64,000 nt of DNA from NCBI GenBank assembly GCA_028534125.1, contig CM052818.1, positions 48,982,001 to 49,046,000 on the forward strand, in the 5' to 3' direction. How positions within the stretch are numbered: the stretch's first letter is position 1; each line of letters starts with the position of its first letter. Both the position numbers and the translations under genes were made by a program. The notes beneath the pieces were generated by a model, which saw nothing but the letters and a program-made list of their open reading frames with translations, searched no databases and was not told the DNA's origin. Source of the DNA: Lama glama (lineage: Eukaryota). This document shows, in pieces, positions 36,250-48,060 of this stretch.

Positions 36250-36700
36250 CTGAGTGGGCATTAGTTAATGGCCTTTATTACCAAAGCCATAATATATCAT
36301 AAACAAGCATAATTAGCTGGGGTTAGCTGGTGCCTTCCCAGTAGTTCCTGAGAGTCATCTGTCTTCTTTTCTTTACATGAGTTAAATACAGTTGTGGCAG
36401 ATCTGAGTCTGGATCATCACTAGCTGCATGTCCCAGGGCAAACGGGGCTGACTTGTAATCAATAGAAAATAAAGAGTCAAAGCTATGGAAGTCAGAAAAA
36501 GGCAGCATTTCTATAAATTACATCAGAAAAAAAAGCCAAAGCGTATGTTAGTTCCATTTTGGATAATGTGCAGCGAAAGCTTGTTATGAATAGCCAAGCA
36601 TGATTTAATCCTCACTTGATTTATATGGTTAATGGTGGTTTTGCCTTCATGGGGGTAATTTATGGGTAGTTTTAAGAATCTCTTTTATTGGATAAAAAAT
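36250..36700. promoter_or_regulatory. Candidate enhancer with PBX-HOX motifs
   Basis: TGATTTAA at 36601, TGATTTAT at 36617, TTAATGG x2, TAATTTATGG, TTTTATTGG in unique sequence. Confidence 0.4.
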
Positions 36701-37421
36701 AAAATTAGAATGGTAAATAGAAGTTCTAAAGAAATGCTTGAAAGTATCTTTTTTTTTATCTTTAAGGGAAGCTTTTAAGGGGGTTACAAAAGCCTTGCTT
36801 TGAAGTCATGAAATGAACACTCTTGCACACTCTGCCTATTATACTATATTTTTGAATCATATTTTTCTAGCTCTTATTTTCAACATCAGTTTTCCAAGAG
36901 AAGTATCATTTATACTTTTAAAACAACTTGAAAGACACTCTCTCCAGTGTTGTAAAATGCATTGAGATAAATTGACAGTAGCATGCATTTTTTTTAAAGC
37001 AAGGGATTATGAATTTTCACTCTTGCTGAAGAGTATGTGTGCATTAAAAGAAGAGGGAATTCCTTCTTCTTTGCCATTAATTGTTGGTTTTAATGCCATC
37101 AGCCAGCTAGCCATTTTTTTCCTGCTGTTGTAAACATCAAGGTCATTTTGAGGTTCTGCTAGAATGAAGATCATTATCTGCAGAGTGGTATTAAAGCAGA
37201 GTGCCGAGCCCTGGGGCTGTCGGGGGTTCTGAGAAATGAGCCACTCAGTTAATGCTGTTGTTCTGTATGGAAAGGCAGACTGCTGCTTAAGAAACATTCT
37301 TACAAAGCCAGCTGAGCTGACAGTAACCACTACTGAAATGTTCCCCTTCTCATGCAAACAGTGTGCACGGTGCAGCGTTCTCAAAGCCCACGGGAGAGGA
37401 ACGGTGGTGGGGGATGTGCCA

Positions 37422-38640
37422 CGGGGACCTTCCAAGAAAACAGTTGCCCAGAATCAACTCCCAGCGTGGACACACGAGGAAATCCACTGACCAGCCTCTA
37501 GTAAAACTGACAGAAACATTTTAAAAGCAATCATCCTAAGGCTCTGAATATGGTCCTAAGGAAAGGCAGCAAATGAGGAAATACCTATGCAAAGTAATCT
37601 GCAAAACCTGGTAAGACAACGCGAGCCTGTGGTACCTGAGCCAAGGTTGCCCCGTCCTTCCCTGTTCCCGGCCAGTGAGGCAAACACTCTGCTCCGGGCT
37701 GCAGCAGCCGAGCACACAGGGCTTTCTGCTTCCTCCCCCAGCTCCTCGCTGCAGGGCGTTGTTCCTTTGAGGAGTGGGACGTGACAGTTTCTCGTTATGC
37801 CCCCAGCTAACTTCTGCTGGCGGTGAGTCCTGGGCAGATGCGGTCAGGAGCTAGGGGCTGCCGTCCTCACCCAGCCCCCTCGGGTGTAGCAGGCTGGGAG
37901 TACTGGGGACCTCGTAGTCCTCCCCCTTACCTGTGACGTGGAGCGGTCCATGCTGGGAGACGGATCTAAAAGAACAAGGAAATTGTTCCTCCACTTTCCA
38001 TCAGACTCTCGACATTCAGGACAGACTCTCACCAGAGAGTTTTTCATTATCCCTACTCCCACCTTCAGAGCCCTGGCTCGGAGATTTTGCCTGGGAGTTC
38101 GGAGAATAGCCATTGATCTCTTCTTGAAGGAATGACTACTTTCACAACCCAGCTTGAGACGTTCAAGACTAAGGTTTTCCTCAAGAACAGGGAGGTTGTG
38201 GTGAAAACCAATTGTGAGGAGACACATGGATCTAATGAAGACACAGTCTATGAATAACTGCACACCAACAAATTAAATACCTTAGATAAAATGAACATAT
38301 TTCTGGAAAGATACAAACTACCAAAACTGACTCCAGAAGAAATGGACAGTCTGAATAGCCCTGTAGCAAGGGGGGTGAACAGGTGAGTAATTTCTACTCA
38401 GAAAAGGAACCCAAAGAGCCCAGATCTAGAAGGATTCACTCTAAATTCTACCAAATATTTTAAGAAGAAATAATACTGACTCTTCACAGGCTTTTTAAAC
38501 AAAAGAAGAAACACTTCCCAACTTGTATTTGCAAGTCATTTATCTACAAGGGACTTGTAATCAGAATATATAAAGAACTCTTACAACTCAGCAGTAAAAA
38601 ACCCCCAAATAATCCAATTTTTTGAAAATGGTTTGCAGAG
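37422..38640 (+). mobile_element. Ancient L1, internally deleted: 5'UTR joined to ORF2 fragments
   Basis: L1M 5'UTR-like segment 37422-38240, then 'ttagataaaatgaacatatttctggaaagatacaaactaccaaaactgactc' and 'acttgtaatcagaatatataaagaactcttacaactca'. Confidence 0.8.
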
Positions 38641-39659
38641 TCCTGGCTGAGCATCCCAAATCAAAATAGAAAAGATTGGGTCTGGAGATGAGAGATGACA
38701 ACTCCATCACTGGCACAGGCAGGCTATAAAAAGTTAAGACTTCATAAATCTCAGTTATTACCAGTGGAAACTCTGGAAGTGAAAGGCCTCTAGAGTTAAC
38801 ATCCATAAATAAAAGTCACTCAATTTGGGGGGTATTGAGAGATTTTTGTGTTTTCATACCAGACTTGTCAAATAACTAGTGTTCCTTTTCATGATTTTAC
38901 ATTAAGGCAGCTAGCAAAAAAAGTACGTGAGCGGTGCCCAGCTGATACAGCAGCATACTGTACAGTGTTGCAGAAGCTTTGCTGGGAGGAGATGTGTCTG
39001 GGATAAGTGCTACACAATTTTCAACAACAACAAAAAATCACGGTCATGTCATTTATGCTGATTTGGGATTTAGGAAATATGTTCAAAACAGTCGTAACGC
39101 TGGATTTACTGTCTTTTCCAGCAGAGTCCTGCTATTTCCACTACAGGGAAGATTTCAGGATCCAAACCATGACTCACTTCAGCACCTCCTGAGCAGACGT
39201 GAAGGCACCGTGCTCAGAGCGCCCTTGACGAAAGCACCTGCTGGTCAGCTGCAAGAAGAGGAGGCAGGGCGTGGCCTCCAGCAGCTGCGCCCTGGGAGCC
39301 CCCCACGGCATTTGAGCCGAGGCCCTGCTCTTCCCAGGAAGCTCCCAGCCAGTGACTGGGCGAGACGCCAGTAAGAGGACCTGCTCTGCCCAACAGGGGA
39401 CCGTGTACAGGCAGCCTTGGAACCAAGTTCCTCGTCGGCCCGGGTGGCACTTCCTCGGAGCCGCAGTGCACTCTGAGTTCTTCCTGCCCAGTCCTCCGCC
39501 CTCTCCTTCCTGCATCCTCTCAGGGCTTCACCGCACTCTGACCTCCTGCTCCCTTTCTGTCTGTTCCTCACGAGCACAATCCCTGATGGTGCTTTTGCCA
39601 TCTGCCACCATTGTGACAGTGGTTACTTTTTTATTTTGATGTCCGTAGTCCAACATGCT

Positions 39660-41315
39660 CTTTCTTAACAGCTTTACTGAGATAAGACTTATGTCCTATA
39701 CAAGTTACCTGTGCAAAATGTACAACTTAATGGACATTAGTGTATTTACAGATACATGTAACCATCACCACGATCAGTTCTAAAACACCTTCATCCCTTT
39801 CCTCTCCAGCTGCAGCCCTAAGCCGTCACCACTCTGCCTCTGTGTCTATAAATATCAGTAATCTGGGACATTTCATATAATCGTATAACATGTAGTCTTT
39901 TGTGACTGGCTTCTCCATTTAGCATGTTTTCATGGTTCATCCACGTGGTAGCATGCAGGGATCAGGGCTCCTTTCCTTTTTATATCCAAATAAAAGTGCC
40001 TTGTATGGATATATCATTTTTGATTAACCATTCATCTGTTGATGAGTGTTTAGCTTATTTCCACCTTTTGGAAAATTATGAATAATCCTTCTATAAACAT
40101 TCATGTACAAGCTCTTGTGTGGACAGAAGTTTTCACTTCCCTTGGTTGTGTGCCTAGGGGTTGAGTTGCCAGCTCACACAGTAACCTTCTGTTGAATCAT
40201 TATAGGAACTTACAGACTGTCTTCCAAAGTGGCTGCATGGTTGTACATCCCCCTCAACAGGGCACAACTTTTCTAATTTCCTCACATCCCCACCAGCACT
40301 TGGTATCTGACTTTTTGATTCTAGCCATCCTAATGGGTATGAAGAGATGACATAATTGTGGTTTTGATCCACATTTTCCTAAAGACTAATGATGCCAAGT
40401 ATCTTTTCAAGTGCTTGTTGGCCATTTGAAGATCTTTAGAAATCGTGGCGCCGTGGATGAATTCCTTTCTGAGATCAGCGTTTCATTCTAGTTCTGACCC
40501 CAGGAGGGCTCTACCCAGCCGTTTTATCCCCACTTCTCACTACAGGCTAGCTGGCTGATAGTCAGGTCTGCATCACTGTTAGACTTATTAATCACGTCCA
40601 ACAACCTTTCACTACAGCTCCACTCACTGTCCTTGTGAGTGCCCCGAGGCTCTACTCTCTCCGTGCTTAGATCCTTTGAAGACAGATCCTTTGAGATGAA
40701 ATCAAGAGATAGCTTTTTTAAGCCTTATTTCTCCCCCACTAGGCATCTCCTGGGCGGGGGCTCTGGATCTGGGGAGTGGGAACAGTACCTAGCTTCTGTC
40801 TGAGTGGCACCACACTCCAGTCACTGAGTGGTGGGTGGGGCCTGGGGAGCAGTCACCTGAGATCCTCCCAGCTTGTATCTCAGGAGTGGCGACAATACCC
40901 CAGGAGGGGCAGGGACTATGGGATCCCATCAGTTTTGTCCTGCCACACCTAGGGTGGAGCTGTACTTGTCCAGGACTCAGCCCCACTAAAGGCAGCTGGA
41001 GGCAGGGGAGAAATGCTTGCAACCTGCTTCCACAGAGACGAAAGCCCTCCTGTAGGGAGCTGGGAGGACCCCGCGTGGGGGACACGGTGCTCCTTCCTGC
41101 AGTGTCTGGAGTCTCCAGCTGCCTCGCTGAGCTGGGATGGGGAGGGAGGCGCAGCCTCGGTTCACATGTCACAGATTCTCACCTTTCTTACTGAACTTCT
41201 GTAGTTGTTCTTGAATAAATGTTTCTTCACTTGCTGTTTGTACTTAGTACCATTTCCAGAGGGCTTAATTTTTTTAAATAGTTTTCACAGGGGCACTTCC
41301 TGCCATCATGCTAGT
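39660..41315 (-). mobile_element. Ancient L1 (L1MB-like 3' end) joined to an L1M 5'UTR
   Basis: 39660-40440 is antisense 3'UTR/ORF2 end ('tgtgactggcttctccatttagcatg', 'ctagccatcctaatggg'); 40440-41315 is homologous to the 5'UTR at 37.5 kb and ends at a degenerate YY1-like catgatggcag. Confidence 0.82.
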
Positions 41316-44300
41316 ATAACTTTTTTTTTAATTGAAAAAATATATTTTGTGCAAACAGGACTAGTTTAGAAACCAACCAACCAACAGACATGGGATGACG
41401 TAATACCCACCCCTCAGAATTATAGCTGTGACTGAGCACGTGTCATGGAGATAAAGTGCTTGTCAGTGCCTGATGCCTGGTGCTTCCCCACGGGCAGCTC
41501 GCAAGGTAATGGAGCAAAGATGGCGGATTATTCCTCTAGTAGGGAGAGAGCTTCTCATACCTGGGCTCTGCTTCAAAGCAATGAAACCAGAGTCCACGTG
41601 GGGAAGAGCTGGCCGTTCATGGGACACAGGGTTTATCTGGTGATTCTAATGGGCAGCCAGGATTGAGAACCACAGAATTAGGGGCTTTGATAGGAGGGGA
41701 GGATCCCAGTCTTAATTGTTATGTCAGAATATTTTAAAATAAGGACAGAACCTCAGGTCACCCCCTGCAATATACTAGTTCAGAGGTCTTCGGGTGGGGG
41801 CTTGAGGACGAGGAGGAAGAAATGCCTGATTTTACAAAGCCTCCTGCGTAGGGCAGAGGAGCGGACCCAGCCCTCAGATGTGACCCTCTGGGCCCGGTGC
41901 CCACAGCCAGCTGGACCCTGCCCACGTCATAGACCTCTTCTAGAAGAAGCACTGTGTCCCCAGCTCCGTCCAGGTCTGGCTTACCTCATCGTCCTCTCTC
42001 TCCAGGTTCAAAACATGCCTCAAACCACTTCTGCACGTGTTGGTTTTCTTGAGTTCTTGCAACACAGACCAACCGCTCGAGTCCCCAGACGGGTCTGCTC
42101 TCCAGGACGCCAGTGTGCTTGTCCTGGTCTCTGCTTGGGCAGAGAAAGCACCTCCCTTCTTCTGGGCTTAATTTTACTTTGCTTTGTATTATCAGTTCTC
42201 TCTGGGTGCCTTCCAGGTCTGGGTAGGAGATCTGAAAAAGATGGATGTTATTCAATGCTAGGCCTTTGCAAACTGCGGCACAAGGTGGATGGGAACTCAC
42301 TTTTATGGCCTCTTTCCCCAGGAGCGAAGGGCCTGGCACTGGCCGTTCTCTTCAGCAACATGACTGCTTTCATGTGATAGGAGGTAGCATGTTCCCTGTC
42401 ATCGCTGGTGTCAGCCGTCAGCCACAGGCACAGACAGATGTGCATCGGTCCATCCCCGGGAGGCTCCTGCGCACATCTGCCTCCGGGCTCCTGGCTCCTC
42501 TGTTTTGTCCCAGGTAAATACAGGTGAGCTGCATGTCAGAGCTCAAGCCTTCGGCATCTTTCCTGAAACGTGTAATTTTTAACACCAATAAAACTTACGT
42601 TACTTCATATGTGAGAAAAGCAAAGCATGCTTCTAAACTGGTCTACAGATACAGATGAACTTTATAGATGTGCATAAAAATGGTCAATTTACACGGGCCA
42701 ACAGATACCTCAGAATGATGAGTCGATAAGTGTTTGCTAATCACTGTATATTGTTCAATTAGCTAATACCAGAGAATTCTGGCTGAGTGTAAAATAAACT
42801 CACATTTGTCTTTCTCTTTTGTTCTCTCTCTCAGTGTCTCTGCCACTTAGAAGTTCAAAGTCACTAAAGGCAAACAGAGTCATTATTTCCGGAATGAAGT
42901 CATCAAAACCAGTATTCTACGCCACCTGCTCTGGGTACTGCTTACAGACTCTGAACCCCAAGAGCACCGACATTAATCCAGTCTTCCTGGTTAGTCCACA
43001 AAGTCCAGTCTGATGCTGATGGTGCTTTTGCATTGGCTTTTAAAGAAAATTCTTTGCAGGAAACTCTATTGCTTCTCCAGCAGGATGTCTTTTAGATAAG
43101 TTCAACTCTGTCATTAATCACCCGTGGAGTTTTTCTTTTTCCATAATAGTGAAGTTGAATATTGGTATTTTTGCAAGGTGGATCATGCAGGTGTAGTAAG
43201 ATTGGGCACAATTTAATCTGTGCCTGGAGCAGATTACTGGCTCGCCCTTCTTTGTGGCTTCTGAACGTGCTTCTGTGGATCACCCTGGTGATCTGCTGTG
43301 CAGTGCAACCTAATGGTCCAGCCAGAATCAGAATCAGCCCACTTGGTGGTTCATAAAACCATATCGACTGAGCTGTACATCTTTGTCAGGGCTTTGTTTT
43401 CATTCTCGGAAATATGGGTTGAATTTCGGACTGGCTTCCACATCTTACACAGGTAAGCATCATCCCCTGGCGCAAATAATATGAAACACAATTATGTTTG
43501 TGTGTGCGGAAATAACCACTCTGCACTGCTGTTACCTAGGACACTTGCTGTTCTTTAGAAAGCCACTTAGGCACTAGGTTTCAATCTACAAGCTTCATTC
43601 CCAGCTCTGAACAAGGACTTCCCAATTCCAGTATGTGAAAGAAACAGACAAGAACATAAATACAGGGCTGGGGTCGGTTTTAAGAAAATTCATTTCACCT
43701 GAGATCAAGTTTTGTAAAAGCTGAGAATGCTCTGACTCACCTAAATCCATCCCTTTGGACAAGGAGCTCGAGATCAAGTTTTGAACCAGTGTCTGTATCT
43801 CCTTTAAAATGAGATTGATTTGACTTTCCATTTGAGGGAGATGTTTGTTTTAATGCCCATCTCTGTGTCAGCAGCCTTCGGCTGAGGCTGAAATCAGAGG
43901 GAAACACAAGCTGCTCTGTGAAGGTTTTAGTCTGTCTTTAACAACGTGAGCCTTTCATTCACGAGCATGCTCCAACCAGAGAAAGGGAATTCTTGCAAAA
44001 AGGGAAGTCTGCGAAAAAGTTAACTTCAGATTATTTTCAAGATCACTAGAGAGCCCCCGATCCGGCTGCCTTACATCTTGGTCTTCTTGCCATGTCGTGA
44101 CTGGTGGAAACAGACAGAGAGCGCGCTTCTCCACTGCCTGGCTGCAGGGTCTGCTTCCTCACGTCTCCAACCAGACTAAGCCTTCGACAGAGCGCTTGAA
44201 GGATATTTCTGTTGTTTGAAACAGGGAACGGAGGATGCAGACTCAAACATGTCACTAACACGTCTTCAGACGTTGTGGTAGAAGAGATCGTGTATCCCAC

Positions 44301-44403
44301 TGGATAGACGTGGTTTTGCACGTTAACAATTTAAGCTCCTTACTAATATAACATAATGCATGCAAGTAAGAACACAAACAGCTAATGTATATATGTATTT
44401 TTG

Positions 44404-44670
44404 TATATATATATATATATATATATATATTTCTATTGAAGTCTAGTCAGCTTACAGTGTTGTGTCAATGTCTGGTGCACAGCACAGTGCTCCAGTCATA
44501 CATGAACATACACGTATTCATTTTCATGTTCTTTTTCACCATAAGTTACTAGAAGAGATTGAATATGGTTCCTTGTGCTTTACGGCATGACTCTGTTGGT
44601 TATCTGTTCTATATGTATCAGTTGGTATCTGTAAATCTCTAACTCCCAATTTATCCTCTCCCACCTCCCT
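44404..44670 (-). mobile_element. Short lineage-specific L1 3' end with (TA)n tail
   Basis: 'ttgaagtctagtcagcttacagtgttgtgtcaatgtctggtgcacagc...aactcccaatttatcc'; flanking agctaatgt duplication. Confidence 0.88.
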
Positions 44671-44984
44671 GAAATGCAAATCAAAGCTAATGTGTATTTT
44701 TAGAACATACGTAGCTCCATTATCTGCAATACGTGCAGGCAGTAGAAAATAACAGTAGAATGCTCATCACTATTAAATTTCAATAAACTTACATTTTTCT
44801 CCTTGGTATATTATATAAATTAATATGTTATTTATTACTTTGCATTTTATTTGATCTGAATTAAAGTGTGCAAGTTGTGACCCACTGAACAGTAACCTGT
44901 TACACATCAAAATATGCCAATATAGATAAGAAATAATATGAAATATATGCACAGACTAATGCAATCCTGTATATAGAGGCAGCC

Positions 44985-45160
44985 ATGGTACAGGGCAAAA
45001 GAAAATGTAAATTAGCACCAGAAAAGTTGGGCTTAAATTCTAGATCTGTTTCCTACTACACTCATCCTCTGAGCCTCCATGTGTTTGGTGTGTCTATCCA
45101 TCAAATAAAAATAACATTTCTATGATGACACATGCCTGCATTATGTGCTCTTAAGGTCTC
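44985..45160 (+). mobile_element. MIR SINE, degenerate
   Basis: 'gggcttaaattctagatctg...cctctgagcctccatgtg...ccatcaaataaaaataac'. Confidence 0.5.
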
Positions 45161-45264
45161 AAATGGAAGCATGTCTACACCTCTCCCAAAGCATCGCTCC
45201 TCCTTTCTCATGCTGAGCCTGAACTCCACCATCACCATCAGCTCACTAGTTCATCTAAGAGCTT

Positions 45265-45460
45265 GGGAGTGATGGATATACACTACTATATATCAAACAA
45301 GGACCTACTGTATGGCACAGGGAACTATATTCAAGTTCTTCTAATGAGCCATAATGGAAAAGAAACTGAAAAAATATATATGTATGTATGTGTATGTTTA
45401 ACTGAATCACTTTGCTGTACACCTGAAACTAACATTGTAAACAGACTACACTTCAATAGG
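45265..45460 (+). mobile_element. Cetartiodactyl-type L1 3' end fragment
   Basis: 'aacaaggacctactgtatggcacagggaactatattcaa...aactgaatcactttgctgtacacctgaaactaac'. Confidence 0.88.
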
Positions 45461-45584
45461 AAATAGGAATTAAAAAAGAAAGCACACCTAAAGGAAAATT
45501 TCCAAAAAGAAGACAAAAGTGAACCTTAGATAAAGGAAATACAATCTGAATTGATGTCTTTCAACTTCATATTTTCGCTAACAT

Positions 45585-45745
45585 TTATTGAATGCTCGTT
45601 TGGTGCCATGAGCTGCTCTAAGCACTTCTAAATGAATGCACTGAGTCCTTGGACAACCCGAGGTGTAATTGCTGTCTCTATTTCGTGGAGGAGAAATAAA
45701 TGCCCAGAGAGCACAGCTAATTGGTCCGAGTTACAGACACTTGCT
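45585..45745 (-). mobile_element. MIR SINE
   Basis: 'taacatttattgaatgctc...tctctatttcgtggaggagaaataaatgcccagagag'. Confidence 0.6.
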
Positions 45746-47489
45746 GAAGAGCTTTGGCTTTGTTTGTTTCTCCTTTATTGTCGTTGCTTTGTTCTGAAAA
45801 AGGCTGTTTGGTTTATGTCAGGGTGTTCTGACAAGTGACCTGAAGCAACATCTGTCCAGCCACGTAGGATGTTCGCAGTCTAACCTGCTGAAGCAACTGA
45901 GAAGACAAAGTGCCAGCTGAGAACTGTTTGCTCCCAGGTGTTTTGAAAGCATCCTCACTCACCCTGGGAAAGGTAAGGAGAAATCGGTTTGGTTCTGAGT
46001 CTTTATCAGAATTAATGTTAAACTTTGGTAACTAAATAATGGAAAGATGTCCTAAGGAATGCGGATGATTATAATGACTAAGTGGTACACATCGAAATTG
46101 TCAAGAGATTCTTTTTCTAAAAATCACTTTTCCATTGAAATTGTGGACAGCTGCTAAGAGTTACCATCGCCTGAGACTACATTATTGTTTTTCTACAAAA
46201 TATTTCTAGATTCTTATTCCAGACAAAACCTATAGACAGCTGTTTGAGAACTGGAATTCAGAATGACAAGGGGAAAAAAAAAATGACTTACGGAATTCTT
46301 TGGCACGTTTGTGGTTTTCAGAGTTATTCAATGATGAAAGTATTCTTACCCCAGTTTTTAAACAAATCAATAAATAATTTGACCAAACACGTATTTGTAA
46401 GGGGTAGAATTAAAATTAAAACATTCAGTAGATTTTTTAACTCTAAATCCATTTTTTTTTTTGTACTGGCTTCTTTAAAAAGTAGACTGAACGTTTAAAA
46501 CTTCTGACTTGCTATTAAATTTGTAGAAACACATTGCAATGACCCTTCCGGCATATAAGGCAACTTCCTCATGCAAGCTGGGATGTGAATGCTCTTAGAT
46601 ATATTCCACTGAATCTAATTTGTGTCTTCCAGTGTGGGTCATTGAAAATATCCAGATAATTAAAATGGTTATTGGTTTCAATCGCTTAAATTTGGCTCTT
46701 AAAATATGATGTTCATGTTAACATTGCTGGAAAGTAATTTCATAAAACAGGGCTGTTTTTGCATCCACTGGCTGATCGATTGCCTGTGCCCGGCACTGTC
46801 TGCCAGCCCCCATGACCACTCTGCAGAATGAGGATTGTAATACTCGCATTCATTTTCGGAATCAGGATGAGAATGAGTAATTTAGACTTTACCAGAGACT
46901 TACAGTAAAGTCAGTGGTGGTTTCAGGAGTGATAATTAGCTTCCACTGACCTCAGAGCATAGAGAGATTGTGTCAAACCACCCGTTAAACATGACTGAGT
47001 CCATGCGCCCATGGGGGTTCCACTAGTGCCACCTGCAGCTTCTCCTGACACGGGTGGTCCCCGTGCTCGGGAAAAAGCGGGCCGATTTCCCAAGGCCCTC
47101 AGGCTGCTCGGAGCCGTCACGCCTGCCTTCTCAGTGTCTCCTCCCTTGAGTGTTTCTCCACTTCAGTCCTTTTTGTTTGTAGGGACCACGCATCGCCTGC
47201 CACAGGAATCAACAGCCAACATTTTTTTCAGAGGTGCATGGAGAGCCTCCTTCTCTCTGCCACCTTGGGTTTGGCACTAGAGTTAGTGTGAACTTGAGCA
47301 AGTGTGTGAATTAGAGAAAGAGCGGTCGAGGGTATCTGCTGGGGTGGAGAATTCCAGGACACCATGCACCTTAATGAACATTTACTTGTTCTCCATATGC
47401 CTGGAATTCTGCCAAGTCTCCTTCCTTCTGGAGACGGCCACGCGCTGTCCACTTTCTAGGTGGACAGCTGAAGAATAAGATCTTCAGAG

Positions 47490-48060
47490 CGGGCAGTGGC
47501 TGGGGCCATGTGTCACGTGGGGCCAGAATGTTAGGGCTTGTTTTTTTTTTTCCAGGAGTTTAAATTTTATGCAGTGAGCAATGAGAAAGCGAGAGGTTTT
47601 TTAAGCAGAAGAGATATGTATGCTCAATTTTATATTTTTAACAGCAACTCCTGTGCGGGAAAAAAAAAAAAAAAGATTGGAAACCGGGAGCGTTGTTGAC
47701 TGGCTGTTGATGAGAGCAAGCAGAAGCGCTAAAGGCCAGCTAGCGGGGGCACGAGGCCCAGCAGCACGATGACGTTCGTGGACTGTTCTGGTGGCAGACA
47801 GCGACGGAATTATTAAAAACGAGGCAAGGGAGGGCCTCTAGGAGCAGAAGAGGGTGAGCGAGGCGTCTGATGTGAGTGGCAGCATGGGAGTGGAGCCGCC
47901 GACTGCTTGAAGGAGGAGGCATGTGGACAGGTGGTTGACGACTGTTCGGAATCGTGAGTTAAAGGTGTTTTTGAACATCTAAATGAAGTTGCGATTGAAA
48001 TACGTGTCTGTAGTTAAGAGAGGTGGAGGCTGGCACTTGAGACTTTGGCTACTGGGTAAT
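47490..48060 (-). mobile_element. L2 LINE remnant
   Basis: 'ttttatgcagtgagcaatgagaaagc...ttttaagcagaagagatatg', 'tttttgaacatctaaatgaagttg'. Confidence 0.55.

Noticed and set aside
41721..42377. Longest ORF in the window (218 aa)
   Set aside because: No recognisable domain, Leu/Arg/Pro/Cys-rich composition typical of GC-rich non-coding DNA, and no supporting gene structure.
44671..44685. gaaatgcaaatcaaa as an inverted L1 ORF2 snippet at the 5' junction
   Set aside because: It is only 15 bp and overlaps the decayed target-site duplication, so it cannot be distinguished from chance.
47444..47468. 9-bp hairpin gctgtccac/gtggacagc as a REST site or structured RNA
   Set aside because: Only REST right half-sites are present, with no TCAGCACC half, and a 9-bp stem is expected by chance in 64 kb.
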